A stretch of DNA of 64,000 bases, taken from positions 1-64,000 of IMG/VR virus record IMGVR_UViG_3300035698_016806; one strand, given 5' to 3'. Positions 48,257 through 58,442 of this stretch are shown here, piece by piece. Position 1 is the stretch's first letter, and every line of letters starts with the position of its first letter. Both the position numbers and the translations under genes were made by a program. The stretch comes from a virus. The notes beneath the pieces were generated by a model that was not told where the DNA came from, ran no database searches, and saw nothing but the letters and a program-made list of their open reading frames with translations.

Positions 48257-48757
48257 ATGGCTTTAAATGCGATATTAGGTGATGCATTTGCCAACTCCTA
48301 TGTTACTGCGGCTGAAGCGGAGGTATACTTTGAAGATCGTATGCATTCCTCGGCCTGGGACACTGTTGATGACGGTGATCCTCTTTTGATCTCAGCATCA
48401 CAAATGTTAGATTGGTATGTTAAGTGGAAAGGGGATAAAGCTACTGCTGCACAGGCAAGACAATGGCCCAGGACAGATGTTACTCGCCCAGATGGTACTG
48501 AAATTGATGAGGACGCTTTACCCCCCGAAGTAAAAATTGCTGTATACGAATTAGCGTTTATGAATATAGGTGCTGATCGAACTGCTGAAGATCCTTTGGC
48601 TGGAATCGGACAGCTTAAAGCCGGTTCCCTTATGATTAAAGCTGGTGCTGAAAAACCAAATCAAACCAATCCGAAAGTTATTCCCTCTCACGTATATCAA
48701 ATCATATCTGATTTGTATATTAAGAGTGGTGGTACAGTTTGGTTGGATAGGGCATAA
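48257..48757 (+). CDS. Head-tail adaptor (DnaT-like family)
   Basis: ANSYVTAAEA...WKG...Q...WPR...PEVKIAVYELA. Confidence 0.75.
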   Translation: MALNAILGDAFANSYVTAAEAEVYFEDRMHSSAWDTVDDGDPLLISASQMLDWYVKWKGDKATAAQARQWPRTDVTRPDGTEIDEDALPPEVKIAVYELAFMNIGADRTAEDPLAGIGQLKAGSLMIKAGAEKPNQTNPKVIPSHVYQIISDLYIKSGGTVWLDRA

Positions 48758-48758
48758 T

Positions 48759-49121
48759 ATGACAAGTATCAGAAATACATTTTTAAAGGGTGTTGAGACT
48801 GTTTTCGATGTATTCAATGAAGCAGTTAAAACCGGCGTTTATACGGTGATTACAGACGATGGGTTTGATGATATCTCAACTACTACTGATACCGTTCGAT
48901 GCATCTTTGAAACACTAAAAGAGAAGGATTTAAACAGTCTTTCTTTTTCCAAGTTAATCCAGCCTCAAGATGTTGTTGCTTTAATGCCTTCTGTTGATTT
49001 GGTTAATTGTGTAATGACCACCACAGGAACAATTTTGTTTGATGAAGACAAATATAGTGTAATTGCTTTTGAAGTCGATCCAATGACTGTTATTTATACA
49101 CTTCTTTTTAGGAAAGTATAA
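48759..49121 (+). CDS. Head closure / neck protein
   Basis: Size and position. Confidence 0.55.
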   Translation: MTSIRNTFLKGVETVFDVFNEAVKTGVYTVITDDGFDDISTTTDTVRCIFETLKEKDLNSLSFSKLIQPQDVVALMPSVDLVNCVMTTTGTILFDEDKYSVIAFEVDPMTVIYTLLFRKV

Positions 49122-49122
49122 C

Positions 49123-49584
49123 ATGGCTAACACGTTTGCAGATTTATTTAAATTCTTGGATTCAGTTCCAGAAGATATCCGAGTTAAGATAAAACGGGTA
49201 TTTTCTAAGACGAAGTCTGATCTTTTGTTGAGTGAGCTTCGTGCCCATTCACCTGTGTTTACAGGAAGATACAGGGATGCTTGGCGTGTTGACAGAGCAA
49301 GATTTACTGATGGAAGTGTTATTGCTGGTTTACGGATATACAATGAAACCCCCTATGCTGAAGCAATGGAATATGGAGCAGGGATAGGGGGATCTCCTTG
49401 GCCTTGGTATCCGAGAGTTAGGACAGGAAAGCTTGTCGAATTTGAAGGAAAAGTTTGGGCCGGAGGTCTTGATCCTGGAGGGAAAAAATCCCTTGGTGGT
49501 GCCATTTATCGAGTTAGTGCAAAACACAGAGATTTCAGAGCTTTAACCAAAGAAATTGCTGATGCCGTTGTAAAAGGGTGGTAA
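49123..49584 (+). CDS. HK97 gp10-like tail completion protein
   Basis: SPVFTGRYRDAW...YNETPYAEAMEYG. Confidence 0.75.
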   Translation: MANTFADLFKFLDSVPEDIRVKIKRVFSKTKSDLLLSELRAHSPVFTGRYRDAWRVDRARFTDGSVIAGLRIYNETPYAEAMEYGAGIGGSPWPWYPRVRTGKLVEFEGKVWAGGLDPGGKKSLGGAIYRVSAKHRDFRALTKEIADAVVKGW

Positions 49585-49586
49585 TA

Positions 49587-50027
49587 ATGAGTGATAATAG
49601 AGAAGCTGGATTAGTAGAAATTTATGACCGTATAAAAGCAAATCGGGTTGTATTGGGTCTTAATTCTTTTAAAAGAACACCAACTGTTCCAGTTAAGGAA
49701 TCCGATTTAACTTGTGTTTTAATGATTGAAGGTGAAGATATGATCATTAAAAAATCCAGCAGAGGCACAACAGGCTATCCAGCAACAAGACTCTTAACTG
49801 TTACTATTGAAGTCATTGCAGAAAAAACAATTGATGTGAAGCAAATTACCCGAGATTTGAGGGGTGTAATCTTTACTGATAGGGTAACAGGGAATCCATC
49901 ATCAATTGTTGCTGATAATGTTTTTATCCATGAAAACCGCATGGAAGGTCCAATGGGATTTGGGTTGCCTGGCATTATTGGGATGCGTTTAATTTTAGAT
50001 TTAATTTATACTGACAATGGTTTATAA
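49587..50027 (+). CDS. Tail terminator
   Basis: Size and position before the tail tube gene. Confidence 0.55.
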   Translation: MSDNREAGLVEIYDRIKANRVVLGLNSFKRTPTVPVKESDLTCVLMIEGEDMIIKKSSRGTTGYPATRLLTVTIEVIAEKTIDVKQITRDLRGVIFTDRVTGNPSSIVADNVFIHENRMEGPMGFGLPGIIGMRLILDLIYTDNGL

Positions 50028-50049
50028 ATAATAATTTTAGGAGGTCCAA

Positions 50050-50877
50050 ATGGCCAAAAGTCCAAACACCGACAATTATACACTTGGCAAAGGCGTGGTA
50101 TATTTTAATCAGCTTGTTTCCGATGAGTACACAGGCGAACGAGATCTTGGGAATGCCCCCGCTTTTACATTCAACATTGCTCTTGAAAAACTTGAGCATT
50201 ACAGTTCCAGAGGTGGTTTGAAAGCAAAGGATAAAGAAATTATTTCCCAGATTACTCCTGGTCTTTCTTTTACACTTGATGAAGTGAATAAGGAAAATTT
50301 TGCTTTGTTGACTTTGGGTACTATCACAGCAACCACTCAGGCTGGTGCTACAATAACTGATGAAGAAATTAAAGATGCACATCTTGGCATGAGAATGCTT
50401 ACCAGTAAACGTGCAATTTCTGCTGTTATTATTGGTGATGATGCAACACCAACAATTACATACGTAGCTGGTCCTGCATCTAATCCTCTGGCGAATTATG
50501 AAATTAGTACAACTCTGAAAGATGCTGTTATTGGGCGTATTTTGATCCATGAAGATCAATCGGGCTGTGTTGCAAAAATTACAGAAGGTCAAACTTTGTT
50601 TGTGGACTATACTTCCGGTGCGATTGCCTATGATAAGATTTCGGCGTTTGCAAATACTCAGGTTGAAGGTTTCTTACGTTTTGTTTCTGACAATCCTGCT
50701 GGACTCCAACAGGAATTACAGGTATGGCGAGTTTCCTTGACTCCGAGTGGTGATACTGCTTTGATCGGTGATGACTGGAGTACCCTCGGATTCACTGGTG
50801 AGATTCTGAAGGACGAGACAAATCATGCGTCTTCTCCTTATGCTGATATTATCATGAATCAAGTATCCACTGCATAA
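50050..50877 (+). CDS. Major tail tube protein
   Basis: NYTLGKGVVYF...LGNAP...LRFVSDNPAG...LTPSGD. Confidence 0.8.
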   Translation: MAKSPNTDNYTLGKGVVYFNQLVSDEYTGERDLGNAPAFTFNIALEKLEHYSSRGGLKAKDKEIISQITPGLSFTLDEVNKENFALLTLGTITATTQAGATITDEEIKDAHLGMRMLTSKRAISAVIIGDDATPTITYVAGPASNPLANYEISTTLKDAVIGRILIHEDQSGCVAKITEGQTLFVDYTSGAIAYDKISAFANTQVEGFLRFVSDNPAGLQQELQVWRVSLTPSGDTALIGDDWSTLGFTGEILKDETNHASSPYADIIMNQVSTA

Positions 50878-50973
50878 AGTAGTTTTATAATTTAAAAACT
50901 GTGTCCGAGAACCATTGAAACAAGAAGAAAGTTCCCGGACACATAAACCAACATTAAAAAGAAGGAAAGACTT

Positions 50974-51399
50974 ATGACTACCTCAACAAGACAGTCCTTG
51001 TCAATTGATCTGGATACCCTATTTCCAGGAGAATCATTAAAAATAGGAAATTCCCATGTAATTATTCGTCCACTGAGCTTACAACAAATCGCAACTGTTT
51101 CCCTGAAGGTAAAAGACTTTTTGCAGGAAATGGGAAGGAAAGATATCACTTTTTCAAATTATGAAAGTGGTGCCAATATGGTAGAAGTAGTTGTTACTCT
51201 GTTACAAGAATTTCCTGATGTATTGGAGGAAGTCACCAATATTGCTGTTGCCGATCTTGAACAATTACCACTTGATGTGGTAGTTGAATTGGTCGGGCTT
51301 GTTATTGAAGTGAATATGAAATCCAAGGATACATTGGAAAAAAACTTCAAGAGCTTGGCCGAGAAATTCACGGATCAAGCTCCACTAATCAAAAAGTAG
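50974..51399 (+). CDS. Tail assembly chaperone (G)
   Basis: Between tail tube and tape measure; slippery A AAA AAC at 51339-51345. Confidence 0.75.
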   Translation: MTTSTRQSLSIDLDTLFPGESLKIGNSHVIIRPLSLQQIATVSLKVKDFLQEMGRKDITFSNYESGANMVEVVVTLLQEFPDVLEEVTNIAVADLEQLPLDVVVELVGLVIEVNMKSKDTLEKNFKSLAEKFTDQAPLIKK

Positions 51400-51716
51400 A
51401 AGATGTAGAGGAGGATAGCAAAGGGATATCTTTTGCTATCCAGACATTAGTAACAAACGGTCATTCTTGGACCGATATAAAAAACTACACTTTGGCTGAG
51501 ATAGGAACTTTTTTTAAAACAGTAGTATTGGTTGAGAGAAAAGAACAAGCTTCAACTTTTTCTAATATGTGGCTGGGGAACAACTTACCTTTTGATGAGT
51601 ATAAAAAGAGATTGGCAGATTACGGAGTTAAAGAACCCAAACCAAAAGAACCCACAGCGAAAGAGGTTAAAAATGATTGGAATAGGTTAGCTTCATTTTT
51701 AGCAACAGGGAGTTAA
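51339..51716 (+). CDS. Tail assembly chaperone -1 frameshift extension (GT)
   Basis: The -1 frame is open from the slippery site through ORF 51492..51716. Confidence 0.7.
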   Translation, partial: KKLQELGREIHGSSSTNQKVEDVEEDSKGISFAIQTLVTNGHSWTDIKNYTLAEIGTFFKTVVLVERKEQASTFSNMWLGNNLPFDEYKKRLADYGVKEPKPKEPTAKEVKNDWNRLASFLATGS

Positions 51717-51717
51717 T

Positions 51718-54700
51718 ATGGCAGACAATGTTAAAAAACAGGTAGAAATAGTTTTTAAAGTTATCGGGGTTGATTTAGATAATGTAGACAAACTATCTAT
51801 AATGTTTAAAAATCTTCAGACTGTTGTGGATGAGACTACTGCTAAAGTTAATACGTTCAATGAATCACTGAAAAACATTAAAGCTCCTCCAGAGTTAAGT
51901 GCAGTAATCACTCCTCTAAAAGAACTGTCCAAGATAAAATTGCCATCAGTAGATAAGGTTGTCGAGGGGTTGCAAAAGTTGGTTGCTATGGGGACTCCTC
52001 CTGATTTGAAGCCATTTGTAACAGAACTTTCAAAATTCAATGAAATTAAGCTTCCAAAGTTAACTTCTATGGTCACAGCTATTAAGAATCTTGTATCTAT
52101 TTCTTTTCAAGGATTCAGTGGAAGAATTAACATTGTCAGAAGAAATTTAAGAAAATTAGCTGCAATTAATGTCGATAGTCTTGCTTCTGTTCTTAAAAAT
52201 TTAAATAAAATAAATTTAAGTAAAGTGACAGCCGGTTTAAAGAGGGCTGAAAAAAGTATACGTGATGTAGGAAACACAGCACAAACAGCAGGACTAAAAT
52301 TAAGATCGTTTGCTGATAAGGCAAGAACGGTTTTGACTTTCCGTGTAATCTCCAATGCAATTGTGGCTTTTAACCAAGCGATGTTTGCTGGCAGAGATGC
52401 TATCATTGAATATGATCAGGCTTTGAAAGATCTCCAAGCTATTACTGGAGCAACAGCATTTGAAGTAGCCCAAATGGGTGCTGAGATTTTGAAAGTCGCT
52501 GCCACTACTAAATTTTCTGCTTCTGAAGTAGCAGCAGGGATGAGAACAATTGGACAGGCTGGTTTTTCTGCAAGCGAAGCTGTTGAAACCATGCAAGCTG
52601 TCTCTGATTTAGCGACTGGTACTTTATCATCTATGGGTACTACGGTGGATCTTGTTACCACTGCAATGAGAATATATCAAATAAGTGCTGCTGATTCAGC
52701 TATAGTATCTGATGTGTTTGCAAATGCTGTCAACAGATCAAAACTGACCATAGATAAATTACGTACAGCAATGAATTATGTTGGTCCAATAGCGAAAGAA
52801 TCCGGTGTTTCTTTTAAAGAGTTATCAGCTTCTATGATGGTTCTTGCTAATTCTGGTTTACGGGCATCTACAACTGGTACTGGACTCAGAAGGGTTTTTG
52901 CTGAACTTGTAGATCCATCCAAGAAATTAATGGAAGCTGCTCGTAATGCTGGTATAGCTTTGAATGAACTTGATCCAACTTCTAATTCATTGTCCAGTGT
53001 TATTTCTAATCTTGGACTAATAGTAAAGGATACTGGTGTAGCATTTGACATATTTGGAAAACGTGGTGCTGCTGCTGTCATAACCCTATCAAATACAGGC
53101 AGTGGTTTTGACCAGATGCTTGAGACTGTGAACAGAACTGGCACAGCCGCAAGAATGGCAGCAGTTCAGATGGAAGGTCTTGGTGTAGCAGCAAAGAATT
53201 TAAGAGATAGAATGGGTGTCTTGGCAATAGCTGTTGGTGAGATGGGTGTCACCGATGCAATGAGAGTCCTTATATCTGTTACCAAAGTCGTTATAGAGAG
53301 TTTAACATATTTAGCAAATAACACATTTGTTAAATTTACATCAAAAATAATTTTAGCTACTGCGGCTGTATTTGGATTAGTTGCAGCTTTCACTGCTCTT
53401 AAATCCCTTTTACTTTTGAAATTCATACCTATTGCCATATTCCAAATGACAGGATTGGCAATTTCGGTAGTTACTGTAAAAACAGCTATGCTTAGTTTAT
53501 TAGCAACTATCGCACCTATAGCTGCTGCCCTTGCTGTCATTGGAGGGGTTGCTTATTTTGCATTTTCACAATTTAAAAATTCTGCGGAGGAAGCTTCAGA
53601 AGCTACGGCAGTATTGGCAATAGAGTTAAATGGTTTAACTAAAAAAGTAAAAAGTTATAGATTAGCTACTGTAAATATGGTTAAAGGCTCCAATGAATTG
53701 AAGGAATCATCATTGACATTGCGTAGGGAGCTTTTGGAAGTCTCAAGAGGAACAACGGAAGTTGCTGATGAAGCCTTGGCAGCAGCAGAAGCAATTGATC
53801 CTTTAACTGGTGAGATTACTGATGCCTCGGAAGCTCTTGATATATACGCTGAGTCCTTAAAGAAAGTTCAAAATGCACAATTTGTAAAATCATTAGAAGA
53901 AGCTGGTGAAGCTGTACAATTTGTAACTGGCAAAACTAATACATTTAAAACTGGTTTTGTAAATATTTTTTCTTCCATCAAAAAAGCTGGTAAGGCCGCT
54001 TTTAAAGCATTGAATGCTAAACTTATATCTGATCCTGCTAACACTGCCGCAATGGTCTGGAATAGGACTATGACTGGAATTATTACTGATGCTGAAAAAG
54101 CCAAAGCAGCATTAAATTTTTCAGCAGCATTTAATGAAGGTAAAAAATCATTCCAAGAGTTAGCTGATGAGGTTGGTTCATATGATCCTGGTGCTATGGT
54201 AGCACAGCAAGTTTCTTTAAAGGAATCATTTATTTTCCTAAAAGCAAGAGCGTCTGAGTACGTTGATCAATTGAGAGTAGCTGGAACTATTAGTTTAGAT
54301 GGAAGTGTAGAGGGTTTTGAAAATATAGCTACAAAAGCTGGATTAACTGGAACTGCTCTTGAAGCCGCAACTGCTGAATTTATAAGACTTAGCACTGCTG
54401 CCGAAAGTACATTTGATAATATCATTGAAAAGCAGATCCGGGCTAATGATCCTGAATTTATTACCAAATATGTTGATGAGTTTGTAAAAGCTCATGGCAA
54501 AATATCTGATGCTCAGATAGATGAGTTAAAAGCTGCTGAAGAATTGAGGCAGCAACGGATAGAAGATTTCAAACAGTTAAAAATTAATTACGATAAGGCC
54601 AAAGCTGAAAATCAGGATATGACTGAATTTAGCAAAGGTCAATATGTGAAAGAAAAAGAACTACTTCTATTAGCTGGTGAAGATAGAAAGACTCTTTCTG

Positions 54701-56586
54701 AATTAGAAATAGCCCAAATGGTACTATCTTTTGGGAAAGAGATGGAAATACGAAATGCAAGACTTGCTCAATTGTCAGTGATATATGAAAAAGGGTATAC
54801 TTTAGATAGGCAAAGAGCTAAATATTTATTTGAATCAGATCAAAGAATACAGGCTATTCTTGATGGTGAACCAATTGGGAGTGAAAGAAAAAATCAAAAT
54901 CAATTATATAAAAATGAATTAAAAGAAAGAGAAGCAGCACACGCATTATCACTGGCAAATATCAAAAAACAACAAGCTGCTCATGATATTACAGACCAAG
55001 CAGCTCTTGAAAAGAAACAGAAGGAAAATATTGCCTTTTATGCAAAATCAGTTGAAATGGCAAAAAGACATCTTGCTTCTGGTGATAGTGAAGCTGTTGA
55101 TCCTAAAGAATATAGAAAAAGATACAACTTGGTTCTTGAAGCACAGAAGAAACTTAATGTCCAAGAGGGTAGATCAGCAATAGAACTTGCGGATATGAAA
55201 GATGATTTAAAAGAGGCTGAATTTGATAAGGCAGAGACAATTAGTAGTGCCATTTACGAAGCTGCTCAGAAGAAACAAGAGGAAGCTCGTAAGACACTGA
55301 ATTTGACGCTTAAAGCTGCTTATGATGCTGACACATCAACACGAACTGCATACTTCGCAAAACAAAGGGATTTAGCTGAAAAAGCGACAAGAAAAGAATC
55401 TGATGATATTGCAAAGAGATCAAAAGCAAGAGAAGCTGAATTTAATGACCAGATAGATGCTGAAAATGATGCTGCAAAGAAGCTTGACTTACAAGCAGAA
55501 TTAAAAGTATATCTTATAGAAGTGGAAGCTGAATTAAATACTGTTAGGGAGGAAGGACGCCAAACAATAATTAAATATACATCTGCGGAGGAGAAAGCTA
55601 ACACAGCAGCAGATAAATCAATTACAAGAGTTTTGGACAAAATAAAGAAAAGTAGAGACAATGCTCTAAAAGCTGTCCCTGGCACATCTGTTGAAGACCA
55701 AATGAAACTTGACTTAGATGCTATGAAGAGAGGTCATGCAGCACAACTTGCAGAATTGAAGGATAAGGGGTTAAAAGGGCTTGCGTTACAAAAAGCAATA
55801 GCTGATCAGAGTGAGGAAGTTCACCTTACTGAAGTGACCAATAAGAAAAAGTTAGATGATTTGCTTCTTGAGCAAAAAGTAGAATTTGCAGGATCGATGA
55901 CTTCAATTATGGAGGGATTACTTTCCACTTCTTTGGGACAAAATGAGAAGTTTTTTAAAGCCTATAAAGCCTTTGCAATAGCGGAAGCAACTATCAGTAC
56001 CTATGCATCGGCACAAGCAGCGTATGAGAAAGGAATGCTTATTAAAGGGCCAATGGGATATGCACTTGCTATAGCCGGGGCAGCAGCAGCAATAGCGCAA
56101 GGGTTAGGGAAAATAGCAATTATATCTGGAACTGCCCCAAGTTTTGCTGATGGTGGTGAGATTCCTGGTTCTTCCCCTCATTCAAAATCTGATAATATTC
56201 CAATCAATGCCACTGCTGGTGAATATATGCAACCAGTTTCGGCAGTTAAGAAATACGGAAAAAGAGCCATGAATGCAATTAGAACTTTGCAAATTCCAGC
56301 AGATGAATTAAACAATTTGATCCGGGGTACTGCAAGAGGTTTAATGACTCCGTTCCCATCATACGCTCTTGCTTCAGGTGGATCAGTACCTTCTATGAGT
56401 AATACTGGATCTACAGGAGAGACCATTGTAAATTTACATACTCCCCAAGGAGTACCAATGGAAATTACATCTCAGAGTTCTCGTCTAAATAAGGATGAAA
56501 AGAAAGTTATTGATATAGTTTTAAAGTACACAAGCAATAATACGAATAATTTTAAAAATAATATGAAAGGTATGTTGGGAGCCTAA
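51718..56586 (+). CDS. Tape measure protein (TP901-type core)
   Basis: 1622 aa, Ala-rich; TTKFSASEVA...GQAGFSA...NYVGPIA...GTGLR. Confidence 0.93.
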   Translation: MADNVKKQVEIVFKVIGVDLDNVDKLSIMFKNLQTVVDETTAKVNTFNESLKNIKAPPELSAVITPLKELSKIKLPSVDKVVEGLQKLVAMGTPPDLKPFVTELSKFNEIKLPKLTSMVTAIKNLVSISFQGFSGRINIVRRNLRKLAAINVDSLASVLKNLNKINLSKVTAGLKRAEKSIRDVGNTAQTAGLKLRSFADKARTVLTFRVISNAIVAFNQAMFAGRDAIIEYDQALKDLQAITGATAFEVAQMGAEILKVAATTKFSASEVAAGMRTIGQAGFSASEAVETMQAVSDLATGTLSSMGTTVDLVTTAMRIYQISAADSAIVSDVFANAVNRSKLTIDKLRTAMNYVGPIAKESGVSFKELSASMMVLANSGLRASTTGTGLRRVFAELVDPSKKLMEAARNAGIALNELDPTSNSLSSVISNLGLIVKDTGVAFDIFGKRGAAAVITLSNTGSGFDQMLETVNRTGTAARMAAVQMEGLGVAAKNLRDRMGVLAIAVGEMGVTDAMRVLISVTKVVIESLTYLANNTFVKFTSKIILATAAVFGLVAAFTALKSLLLLKFIPIAIFQMTGLAISVVTVKTAMLSLLATIAPIAAALAVIGGVAYFAFSQFKNSAEEASEATAVLAIELNGLTKKVKSYRLATVNMVKGSNELKESSLTLRRELLEVSRGTTEVADEALAAAEAIDPLTGEITDASEALDIYAESLKKVQNAQFVKSLEEAGEAVQFVTGKTNTFKTGFVNIFSSIKKAGKAAFKALNAKLISDPANTAAMVWNRTMTGIITDAEKAKAALNFSAAFNEGKKSFQELADEVGSYDPGAMVAQQVSLKESFIFLKARASEYVDQLRVAGTISLDGSVEGFENIATKAGLTGTALEAATAEFIRLSTAAESTFDNIIEKQIRANDPEFITKYVDEFVKAHGKISDAQIDELKAAEELRQQRIEDFKQLKINYDKAKAENQDMTEFSKGQYVKEKELLLLAGEDRKTLSELEIAQMVLSFGKEMEIRNARLAQLSVIYEKGYTLDRQRAKYLFESDQRIQAILDGEPIGSERKNQNQLYKNELKEREAAHALSLANIKKQQAAHDITDQAALEKKQKENIAFYAKSVEMAKRHLASGDSEAVDPKEYRKRYNLVLEAQKKLNVQEGRSAIELADMKDDLKEAEFDKAETISSAIYEAAQKKQEEARKTLNLTLKAAYDADTSTRTAYFAKQRDLAEKATRKESDDIAKRSKAREAEFNDQIDAENDAAKKLDLQAELKVYLIEVEAELNTVREEGRQTIIKYTSAEEKANTAADKSITRVLDKIKKSRDNALKAVPGTSVEDQMKLDLDAMKRGHAAQLAELKDKGLKGLALQKAIADQSEEVHLTEVTNKKKLDDLLLEQKVEFAGSMTSIMEGLLSTSLGQNEKFFKAYKAFAIAEATISTYASAQAAYEKGMLIKGPMGYALAIAGAAAAIAQGLGKIAIISGTAPSFADGGEIPGSSPHSKSDNIPINATAGEYMQPVSAVKKYGKRAMNAIRTLQIPADELNNLIRGTARGLMTPFPSYALASGGSVPSMSNTGSTGETIVNLHTPQGVPMEITSQSSRLNKDEKKVIDIVLKYTSNNTNNFKNNMKGMLGA

Positions 56587-56589
56587 TTT

Positions 56590-56940
56590 ATGAACACTTT
56601 TCCAGTATTAGACACAGATCCAGCAAGTATAGAAGAAATCATATTTTCTACTGTAAAAAAAGCTGTCAGTGAAAACAGATATCCAATGATACGAAGATCA
56701 GGTACTCGGTTAATGCGGGAATGGGTAATTACTTATGACAGAGAAACTTTTTTAACTACGGCTGAAAAGTCTTCAATTAAGACATTTATTGATGCTAATA
56801 TGGGATTATTTTTTAATTGGACTAATATAGATACTTCTGAATCTGTTGTAGTATTTCTTAATTCTGACTCCATTACTTTTGTTCCATTATTCACAGGATC
56901 AACTTACTATACAACTCAATTTACTTTGACCGGGGTGTAA
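56590..56940 (+). CDS. Distal tail protein (lambda gpM-like)
   Basis: Size, position, FFNWT motif. Confidence 0.6.
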   Translation: MNTFPVLDTDPASIEEIIFSTVKKAVSENRYPMIRRSGTRLMREWVITYDRETFLTTAEKSSIKTFIDANMGLFFNWTNIDTSESVVVFLNSDSITFVPLFTGSTYYTTQFTLTGV

Positions 56941-56942
56941 TC

Positions 56943-58034
56943 ATGCCTTTAGCTATATCAGATGGAGCATCATTAGAAAAAAACAAAATAAATACGGATA
57001 GTGTTTGGTTAACATTAATGGAAGTTACTTTTCCTAACCAAACGCCTGTGAGAGTTTGCCTTAACAATGAAGTAGTTTCTTGGAGTGATGTTGAATGGTC
57101 ACCGGCTATTTTTTCTTTAAGTGGGCAATCAGAAACTAAAGATGCAGAAATACCTTCAGTAAGTTTATCTATTTTTGATGCCTATAGAAATATAATACCG
57201 TATCTTGATGATTATTCTGGGGGAATAGGTGCTGCCGTTGTAATTTATGTTGTAAATTCCAAATATTTAATCCCTTCTGTATTAGATTCGGAACTGATAT
57301 CCAATTCGGTGGTTGTCTCAAATCTTCCTCTTCTTGGCGGTGTTTCATTAACACCTGATAGATGTACTCTTTCGGTATCTTCTGTGGAATATTATTCATC
57401 TCCGTCTTCTTTATGCTTAACCAAAAATGATGCCATAGAAGCTTCAAGATTTGAATTTGTTGGTGGAGCATCATGTGGATTAGTATCAGGAAAATCATAT
57501 CATATTTCTGTAATGGTTTATTTGCCCCTTTCCCAAGATATAACTGCAATAAGTTTAAGATACCAAGATAGTGAAAAGAATTGGTACACTTTAGATAAAA
57601 CGGAAGTTATTGATTCTTGGGTTCTTTTAGAAGGTACATATTTAGAGGACGGGTCTGTTAAAACATTTACTGTGCGTGAAGAAGGAGGGACAGTATCAGG
57701 AGAAAAAATATACTGTGATAATTTCTCGGTTAAAGAGATGGAGCAGTATTATGAATCAAAAAATGTATTTTCTATTATTGGATGTACTGTTAGTAGTGGT
57801 TCAATGATTAATTTAACATTAGGATCTGAAAATCTTATTAATAGAATGTGTCCAGAACATAGATATCTAAAAAATCATTGTAGATTTTATTTCAAGGATG
57901 AATTTTGTAAATATTCTGGCACTGAAACTTCATGCAATAGATCTTTAGATAGGTGCAAAGTGTTGGGCAATATGCTTAATTTTGGTGGATTTCCCGGAAT
58001 AGGCCAAAGTGGTGTAATCTATAACGAATCTTAG
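56943..58034 (+). CDS. Tail tip protein (lambda gpL-like) with an inserted beta-rich module
   Basis: C-terminal NHCRF...CKY...CNRSLDRC...NFGGFPGI. Confidence 0.75.
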   Translation: MPLAISDGASLEKNKINTDSVWLTLMEVTFPNQTPVRVCLNNEVVSWSDVEWSPAIFSLSGQSETKDAEIPSVSLSIFDAYRNIIPYLDDYSGGIGAAVVIYVVNSKYLIPSVLDSELISNSVVVSNLPLLGGVSLTPDRCTLSVSSVEYYSSPSSLCLTKNDAIEASRFEFVGGASCGLVSGKSYHISVMVYLPLSQDITAISLRYQDSEKNWYTLDKTEVIDSWVLLEGTYLEDGSVKTFTVREEGGTVSGEKIYCDNFSVKEMEQYYESKNVFSIIGCTVSSGSMINLTLGSENLINRMCPEHRYLKNHCRFYFKDEFCKYSGTETSCNRSLDRCKVLGNMLNFGGFPGIGQSGVIYNES

Positions 58035-58043
58035 GAGTTTGTT

Positions 58044-58442
58044 TTGGTTAATTTAAATGATTTGATCGGAAAACCTTTTAGTAATGACGGATATGGTCCT
58101 GACAGTTATTCTTGTTTTGGGTTAGGTGTTGAAGTTTTTAGACGATATGGGATAACTATAGAAAGAACTAATATTTCAGTCTGTGCTTGCAAAGAAGTTT
58201 CTCAGAAAAAAATACAAGAGCGACTTGCTTTAAATTGGCAATTAACTGATTTAACCGAAAATCCTCCAATTGCAGTATTAATTCGTTCTGGTGATGCTCG
58301 CTATGCAGATCATATTGGTGTTTATATTGGAAAAGGAAGAATGATTCATATCTTTAAAAAAACCAATGTTGTTGTAGAAAGAATTTCTAATTGGAAACAT
58401 AAAATTATAGGATACTATAAATATGTCAATCACACTTGTTAA
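58044..58442 (+). CDS. NlpC/P60 tail tip protein (gpK-like)
   Basis: DLIGKPF...GPDSYSCFGL...HIGVYIG.GRMIH. Confidence 0.85.
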   Translation: MVNLNDLIGKPFSNDGYGPDSYSCFGLGVEVFRRYGITIERTNISVCACKEVSQKKIQERLALNWQLTDLTENPPIAVLIRSGDARYADHIGVYIGKGRMIHIFKKTNVVVERISNWKHKIIGYYKYVNHTC

